Part shown: positions 55,797 through 64,000 of the stretch, one piece after another | How positions within the stretch are numbered: position 1 is the stretch's first letter | Layout: each line of letters starts with the position of its first letter | Assembly: GCA_964016885.1 (NCBI GenBank) | Contig: OZ024743.1 | Coordinates: forward strand, 341,744,001-341,808,000 | Length of the DNA: 64,000 bases | Direction of reading: 5' to 3' | DNA from: Eledone cirrhosa | Taxonomy: Eukaryota | Translations under genes and position numbers: made by a program | The notes under the pieces: generated by a model | What the model was told of the DNA's origin: nothing | What the model saw: only the letters and a program-made list of their open reading frames with translations | Database searches by the model: none

Positions 55797-56269
55797 GAGG
55801 GGATATTCATAAAGGAGAATTAAGATGGAAATTAAGAAATGATAAGAATGATAAGAAAAGTAATAAGAAGCAAATAAAGAAAACTAAGGAAATGATACAT
55901 ACAAATACATATTAAAAATACACAGACAAAATATATAAAAATATCAAAAAGAAAAAAATATTCATGATACATTATATGAATAGAAAAAGAAGATATGAGA
56001 GAACCAAAAAAGACAAGATGGGAAAAGTATCAATATTCTATTATGCCAACGCCCTATATACGCCAATAAATTGTCGTGGAGAGATATTAAAAAATATAAA
56101 ATGAGAGTATAAACTCTTACAGGCAGCGAGAAGAAACGGATTCCGAGTACTAATGTTATTAATTGATTCTTATTTAGGCACAAGGCCAACAATATTTAGG
56201 GGTGAGGAAAGTCGATTAAATCGACCTCAGTGATTTAGTGGTGCCTTATTTTATCGACCCGGTAAGTTG

Positions 56270-56610
56270 CTGTTATACAGTCAGCTTCACAATGGTGCAC
56301 TTAATGCAGGTAGACCATTACTTAGATATACAGATAAAATAATGTACAATCTTAAATTTGGGAGCACACACCTTAGTTTGTTTGAAGGCATAACTGCTAT
56401 CCGTGGAACATAGAGAATTATCTGCCATGAAGGCATAAAACAACTTTGAAAAATATAGTCTAGTCCATCCATCTTTGTGTTCGAAAATCAAACACCAAGG
56501 TCCGTTCAAACCTCCCATCCTGCTCCGCTCAAATGTCTGTCATCCGTACAGGTAACTTGATGTGTACTTCGGCTACTAGACTAAAGTGCCATTTAAAGTA
56601 TAACGTCAAA
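56270..56610 (+). mobile_element. Degenerate RTE LINE C-terminal fragment
   Basis: QLHNGALNAGRPLLRYTDK resembles ELxxGxRxxGRPxLRYKD. Terminal CTSATRLKCHL zinc-finger relic. Confidence 0.55.
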
Positions 56611-56672
56611 AGTCGATACATGACGGGAAAGTTCATCATACACACACACATACCAACACACACACACACACT

Positions 56673-56739
<67 letters not shown>

Positions 56740-56954
56740 AAAAGAAAAGTGTCGTTCTACATGGCTGAATACAATAAATGTAATCTGCGTTTTTCGAATG
56801 TTAATAATAACATTCGATTCGTTTGCAATTATGCAAACAAACCTCATTTTTATAGCCATATCAGTAGAATGAACTCTTCATTCTACTGACATGGCTATAA
56901 AAATGAGGTTTGTTTGCATAATTTCAAACGAATCGAATGTTATTATTAATATTC

Positions 56955-57137
56955 AGTGTATTGGCAGTATTGGTAGAGAGTCAGACACCATACTCTGACG
57001 CATATAGTTACGGTCCTTTCCATTCTGAGTTCAAATCCTGCCGAGGTTAACTTTGCCTTTCATCCTTACGGGATCGATAAAAGAAAGTACCAGTAATGCA
57101 CTGGTTGATTACTTGCCTTGTGCTGAATGTAGAAACA
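56955..57137 (+). mobile_element. tRNA-derived SINE (family 1) inserted into the retrozyme-like monomer
   Basis: 13-bp TSD ATTATTAATATTC at 56942-56954 and 57138-57150. Confidence 0.88.
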
Positions 57138-57386
57138 ATTATTAATATTCGAAAAAATCAGATTACATTTATTGTATTCTTTTTTTTTTTATTTGAATTT
57201 GGCAAATACGGCCATTTATCGCTCTTATACAGCAAACTGACTGGCCAGTCTGCTGATATGCAAATCTGGCTGGTCAGTGGATCTGCTAATATGCAGACCT
57301 GACTGATCAGTCAGTCTGCTAATATGCAAATCAGGCCGATCAGTCACTGTATATTTCAGAATATAGCATATATTTTCACTATCTCT

Positions 57387-57436
57387 GAGCTGTACTGATG
57401 AAGCGGGATACCCAGAAACATTAGTGTCTGCAGTTC
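57387..57436 (+). ncRNA. Canonical-core type I hammerhead ribozyme
   Basis: GAGCTGTA-CTGATGA-AGC-GGG(ATA)CCC-A-GAAA-CA(TTAG)TG-TC-TGCAGTTC. 8-bp stem I, GUC triplet; base of stem II imperfect. Confidence 0.72.
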
Positions 57437-57561
57437 TGTTTACATGCCAACACAAGATCAAGAATGAAGAGCTCATTCTACTGATATGGCTATAAAAATT
57501 AGGCTTGTTTGCATAATTGCAAACGAATCGAATGTTTTTATTAATATTCGAAAAACTCAGA

Positions 57562-57621
<60 letters not shown>

Positions 57622-57811
57622 AAAATGTTTAACCCCGACGGCAGAGCTCAAGCCGTTTCGACGGCTATTTCCGGAAATACCAGTCAAAACGGCTTGAGCT
57701 CTGCCGTCGGGGTTAAACATTTTCCTATTACCCACTCTACTACCCTAGTATTGAGTACTCTGGTACGTTATGGTCCATCTGGTTCCTTACCACACCCCCT
57801 TCGTTATATAT

Positions 57812-58883
57812 ATATATGATAATCTTTTGTATAATATTCTTCTACCCATCAAACGCCTCTGCTGAAGTCAAAGCTCCCATATTAGGCCCACCATCTTGTG
57901 TTACACATAGTTGGATCAAATCGTCAAATCTATTTGCAAAGCAATAATCTTAACAACACATCTATGACTACCTCTATTTATATTTGTTACATTACGAAAT
58001 ATTATTAATCTTATAGAATGTGTATATATGAAGTGGAAAGTTTCATGTTTAAACTTATCTGTTTGGGTTTCGGTTGATCATATGTAAAGGCAAGGGAGTT
58101 TCAAGGAAACTTTGTAACACTTCTAGGATCTCTCGTTTGAATATACAAATTTATAATGGGAAATTGACAACAACCAAGCTCATTTTATACAAAGGCTATT
58201 TTCAAATTACATATTTGATGTCTGGTGTAAACATATTTATTTTATACGTTATAAGAACCGATTTCAGAGAGAAAAGCTAACCAGGCTTAGATTTTTACCG
58301 ACAATATCATATTACATTGAACATCTTAACTGTGAAGTTGTTCACAAAGATTTAATTATACATTTATTTTATAGGAAACCTTCTTGTGAAAAGATGAAGA
58401 ATTATTTTAGACTTAAACATTGTTGAATAACTGAACAGTGTGTCAACAAAATGTCGACAGAAATTTGAGAAGTCTCCAACAAATACTATTTACACACAAG
58501 GCACTATAGTCTTATACGATGATTTTGCTTTAAGAAATATGTAAAACATGTAATGGGTGAAGATGTTTAACCCCTTCTCACTCTTTCTCTTTCTCTTTCT
58601 CTTTCTCTTTCTCTCCCCCTCTCTCTCTCTATATATATATATATATAAGTGTGTGTGTTAGTGTATGTGTTTGTGCTTGCGTGCTTAAGGGTGTGTGTAT
58701 TTTATTTGTGTACAGACATCCTTTCCATATCTAAGGCTTCTAATTCAAATTTTATACTTATATTAAGTTTACTTAAAATTTTCCAATATACATTGAGCTC
58801 GAGAAAAATATTTATTTGATTAATGGCGCTGACAACTGAACACACACTCACAAGTACACACAAACGCGACCCCCACCCCCCAC

Positions 58884-58932
<49 letters not shown>

Positions 58933-59067
58933 GTATGTATTCTGATGATTTCATACGAATGCAACGTCTCTTGTCCTTTAGAAGCTATTTCTGCACATTA
59001 AATATATATGCATCTCTCTCTATCCCTCTATTTCTCTCTATCTTTCCCTCTCTCTCTCTTTCTCCCT

Positions 59068-59154
<87 letters not shown>

Positions 59155-59563
59155 GACAAATGTGTATAAACATTTACAACTTCACCTTCGTTCCACATCC
59201 CTCGGCTGAATATTATGACATCTAACAAACGCTTCAAACTATATATGATAATCTTTTGTATAATATTCTTCTACCCATCAAACGCCTCTGCTGAAGTCAA
59301 AGCTCCCATATTAGGCCCACCATCTTGTGTTACACATAGTTGGATCAAATCGTCAAATCTATTTGCAAAGCAATAATCTTAACAACACATCTATGACTAC
59401 CTCTATTTATATTTGTTACATTACGAAATATTACTAATCTTATAGAATGTGTATATATGAAGTGGAAAGTTTCATGTTTAAACTTATCTGTTTGGGTTTC
59501 GGTTGATCATATGTAAAGGCAAGGGAGTTTCAAGGAAACTTTGTAACACTTCTAGGATCTCTC
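57812..59563. repeat. 323-bp near-identical direct duplication (57812-58134 and 59241-59563)
   Basis: Offset is 1429 nt at both ends. One visible mismatch. Confidence 0.9.
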
Positions 59564-59859
59564 TTCAAACGAATGTTCTTTATTCAAGTAATTGCCTTAG
59601 ATGAAATGATGATAGACTCGTTTCCCTACGGGGTACAAACAACATTCAATATAATCTGTACTGTGTCAGTAAAATATCGGGAGCCCAGAAATAATTATTT
59701 ATGAAATATATCTACTCATTTCAAAAGTATATTATAATATTTATTTTATTGATTTCAGTTTTGGAATTAGACCTGTCCGTTCACCCCCTCCTAGATTAGT
59801 TGATATAACATCTTTGTAACTTAACCTGATAACTCTCCTTCTCTCTTTCATCCTCTCGA

Positions 59860-60190
<331 letters not shown>

Positions 60191-60716
60191 AAAACACCCC
60201 CGCCCGACAACAGCCATACACTTTCAAATTTTCCCCAAACAAAATTGAAGTAGATCTCCATAAAAGAAACTGCAAATACATACCCAAAGAACTAAATAGG
60301 AGAGAAAGACCTGCATTAACAAACCACCAGATCTATAGAAAATAACCAATTACTTAGATAAGGAAACATAAATAAACAACGGTCAACACCGCCTCGACAA
60401 AGATTAATTTTATCTTTAACATATACCTAGATGGTCATACCTTATTATTTAATGACCGCTTGACTGTCCTAATTCTATTTCACTCTTGTCATGTATTTGA
60501 CTAACGTTTATATGCGAGATTTTCCCTTTTGATTTTTACTTGGCCTCATCAGTGATTTTTCCCTCTACATTTGTATCCCCACCTGTCAATTAAATTATAG
60601 ATATACCCGCGAAGAAATAGTTTGGAATCGAATTATATCAAACATATTTCTTTCTCATTTGTTATTGTAACTATAAAAGTTAACTGTAAATACATATACG
60701 CAAATATATATACATA

Positions 60717-61591
60717 CGAGGTGTGTCAGAAAAGTTCCAGGACTGATGTCACAAAAGATTTATTTCAAACCCAAACTTCACACTAAGAGTTTTCTCCTTC
60801 AAAGTAATCCCCCTGGGGTATGTAACTGTAATCTTAGCTCTCTGCAGCGATCAAACTTTTTTCTTCATAATTTTATATACATGTCCTCTGTTTCAGGTCG
60901 TCAAGCAATGAGCACAGAGCAACGAACAAACTTGAAAACTCCGTCAGAAGCACTGAGATTGCTGCAGCAAGTGTATGGAGCTGTGTTTTTGAGTGGTGCA
61001 AGAGGCTTAAATAAGGACGCGAGGACGTGGAAGATGACCCCAGAAGCGGAAGGCCCTCAACAACCAGGACTGAGGTCAACGTTGAGCGCGTCAGGCAGAT
61101 GGTGCGTAGCGATCGTCGGCTGACTGTTCGACTGATGACAAATGAGCTGGGCATGAATTGGGACAGCGTCTGGAAGATTCTCACTGGAGATTTGGACATG
61201 CGGAAAGGCTGTGCGAAGATGGTGCCAAAACTGCTGAACGATGACCAAAAGGGTCGACGCATGCAAGTGTGCTAGGACATCCTCAAGCGTCTTGAAACCA
61301 ACCCAAACTTGCTAGGGACAGTCATCACCGGTGATGAGTCATGGATCTTCGAGTACGACCCGGAGGGGACCCGTTTTGAAGACGTGGACGACACCAAAAC
61401 GGCCGTGACGACGGAACTGCGGAGGATCTCGGAAGAATCCTTCCAGTAGTGCATGCAAGCGTGGCAGAAAAGGATGGGAAAATGCTTTAGACTCCAGAGG
61501 GATAACTTTGAATGAGAAAACTCTTAGTGTGAAGTTTGGGTTTGAAATAAATCTTTTGTGACATCAGTGCTGGAATTTTCTGACCTACCTC
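60717..61591 (+). mobile_element. Internally deleted mariner transposon
   Basis: ~80-bp TIRs (CGAGGTGTGTCAGAAAAG...CTAAGAGTTTTCTC), TA TSD. EDDPRSGRPSTT, KMVPKLL and ITGDESWIFEYDPE are fused directly to the C-terminal GTRFED..WQKRMGKC. Confidence 0.93.
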
Positions 61592-62059
61592 TATATATAT
61601 CTGTCTTAATATTTTCACTACATTCCTCTCCTATGCCTCCCTATCATATTTTCTTTGTACGAACGTAGACCCGTTGTTGCAATATGCTTTCTATTTTTTC
61701 TCCTTTCTATTTTTTATTCTTCATTTAGCTAAGCTACCCCGCACGGTGTTTCTCTCCTGCTCTTCCTTTGCAGTTGATTAAAGCACTTCGGATTTTAGCA
61801 ATTTTCTTTTTCCTCTATATTTGTGTTATTCACCAAAAAGCAGAACTTGTCCTGTGTCTACCTGTTTTGCTGCGTCCGAATATGCACTGGAAGGAAAACT
61901 ATTAATTTTGATGCATTGAAACTGTAGTAATGTCCAGGGATTGACTGGGGAGAAAATTCTGTCAGTATGACCATTGTATCCTTTATTGTCTTTCTCCTAT
62001 GCGGACCCTGATATATATATATATACACACATATATATATATACATATATATATATATA

Positions 62060-64000
62060 AATTACATAATTATCAAAGTTATGTTCAAATCATTTAATTG
62101 CTGACAATCGTTTCTTCCAAACTTTCGTTTGGGGTCATCGGAGCATTAAGCAATGTTTGTACATATAATTAACCTCCTATTCAACTGAACAATCATATAA
62201 AACATATATATTGCTGTTGCGAACAAGAGTTTCGTATTTACAGGGTGTAATGGATGCGACATATATTATGCGAGAATAGTACAAAAATTCAAATTCAAAT
62301 TAAAAGCAGAGTGGAATACATGCGACAGATAATACAAGAGAATAGTCTTTTAAAAAGCCTCCTCACAACACCTTATTAAACTCTTTTGAAAATGATCTAA
62401 TAAAACAAGTTAAGAACATAAGGTACAAAAAACATCGTAATAGAAACAACACCTTCTTAAACAACCTTAACTCCACTATTAAAGGATTTAATAAAAAAAA
62501 AAAATTCTAGTACATGCAGATAAAACTAATAATATATATAGCTTAGATTACGATCCGTATAGAAAATTTATATATAAAGAACTGCATAGGAGCTATAAGA
62601 AAACTAGTAATAAAACCTAGAAGATATACATATAGAAGGCCGTAGGATAGTGTGTAAATTGGGACTTCAGAGACATACACAGCCATACATCCCTAACCCC
62701 CCAAGATTCTCTCTGAAGGACCATAAAGACGAGTTCATTAGTAACCCTTCGATAAGTCTAATTTGCCCTTCCAAATCTGACATTGGTATTATCAGCAAGA
62801 AAATATTAGATAGAATCATCCCACAATTTAAGCACAAAATATATCTTAACCAATGAGGAAATACAGGTGAAGTTATTGAATGGTTCATGGATATTAAAGA
62901 GAATAATAAAAAAAATTATACAATTTGATATCAATTCATACTACACCTCTATTTCTCATATCCTATTAAATAAGGCTTTAATTATGGCCATGAAGAATAG
63001 TGACCTGACTAGATTCCAAATTGATGTCATACTTGCGGCCCGAAAAACGATAATTACAAGATCAATTATAGATACGGATAACAACTTTGACATAACTATG
63101 AGATCTAGTGACTCGGTGGGCCTATATCTACTAAATGAAGTTCATAAGAACCTACCCTACCTCAATGGTGGTTTATACCACGATAATGCACTACTCCTAA
63201 TAGACTATAAATAATTTATATAGAAAGAAGTAGGAAAAAATTACATAACATTTTCAAAAACTTCAACTTAAGTACTACCTTAGATAAAAACACTAAAAAC
63301 GTTAACTTCCATGATGCTACCATCTGCCTGGACTCTAAAATATATACACCCTTTCATAAACCAAACGAAAAACTAATTTATGTGGATACCAACTCTAATC
63401 ACCCTCAATCCATATTAAACTCAATTACTAAAGATATATCTAATACAATCTCTAATCTATCATATAATGAAACCATATTTAACAATAATTCCCAATACTA
63501 TAATGAGGCCTTAGCTAAATTAGGCCATACAAATGGGATTGCATTTCTACCTATAAAATCACATAGTTACAACATTATTTCTCACAATATAGCTATGAGA
63601 AAAAATAATAAAAGTACTAGCCACTCTAACTCTAATACGAAGGGTAATATCAAACTTAACTCGCACCAAAGTAAACACACCAATAAGGAATACAAATACC
63701 TCAAAAAATATTACAAAAACCAAAAATAGAAGAATAATACATTCTTCAATCCCCCCTTTCAATCTAAACGTCTCTACCAACTTGCCTAAGACTTTCTTCT
63801 CAATCCTGGAAAAAAACTTCCCACCCGGCCACAAATACCATAATCTTATCACTAAAAATACGATTAAAATCTCTTACTCTACCACACCTAACATCGCATA
63901 TCATATAGCTAGTAGTAATAAAAGGAAGATTAATAATTATTTTCAACTAATTAAAACACAACAGGAGGTAAACTTAGTACCTGTAAATTCTAGTAGTAAT
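62060..64000 (+). mobile_element. Decayed Naiad-like PLE with inverted pseudo-LTR (62060-62210); continues beyond the window
   Basis: FENDL, HADKTNNIY, SLKDHKDEF..LICPSKSDIG, IQFDINSYYTSI, GLYHDN (YRDD decayed), PFHKPN..SNHP, FFNPP, NTIKISYS. Confidence 0.88.
62099..62145 (-). ncRNA. Minimal type I hammerhead, U4C core variant
   Basis: TGCT-CCGATGA-CC-CCAAAC(GAAA)GTTTGG-AA-GAAA-CGATTG-TC-AGCA. Confidence 0.7.

Larger units (their letters stand above)
56755..57570 (+). mobile_element. Retrozyme-like ~400-nt non-coding monomer (partial tandem, inverted 5' piece, SINE inserted)
   Basis: TCATTCTACTGAYATGGCTATAAAAA at ~56878 and ~57473 (595-nt period, less the 196-nt SINE plus TSD). 56755-56872 is inverted. 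Internal ~32-bp repeats at 57236-57350. (TA)n flanks. Confidence 0.65.

Noticed and set aside
57236-57350. ~32-bp repeats as a CRISPR-like array
   Set aside because: Eukaryotic context, no unique spacers and no cas genes; internal tandem repeats of the retrozyme-like unit.
60540-60558. Minus-strand CTGATGAGGCC
   Set aside because: Matching GGCC-GAAA half is absent; at most a relic.
62850-62860. In-frame TGA in the Naiad-like ORF as a selenocysteine codon
   Set aside because: It falls at the Trp of the NQW motif in a copy with many other lesions; best explained as TGG to TGA decay.

Overview
AT-rich, microsatellite-dense animal genomic DNA with no confidently identifiable host gene. The SINE families and (TA)n/(CA)n density suggest a cephalopod, probably Octopus (inference). 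Much of the window is decayed transposable elements: several Penelope-like retroelement (PLE) families, tRNA-derived SINEs, a bipartite RTE-derived element (4 copies), RTE/RTEX and CRE fragments, a full-length pogo/Tigger, an internally deleted mariner, a Chapaev-like transposase remnant and a probable non-autonomous Helitron. The main hidden signal is RNA structure. About 16 hammerhead-ribozyme (HHR) motifs from about 7 sequence families can be read by eye. These include recurrent non-canonical catalytic cores (U3-A8 and U4C). Non-coding partial-tandem monomers of about 315 and 400 nt carry an HHR and look like animal retrozymes; monomers of 395 and 623 nt share the layout but have no clear HHR. 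A SECIS-like hairpin sits at the end of a Naiad-like PLE ORF. All folds were assigned by manual base-pair inspection and were not computed.
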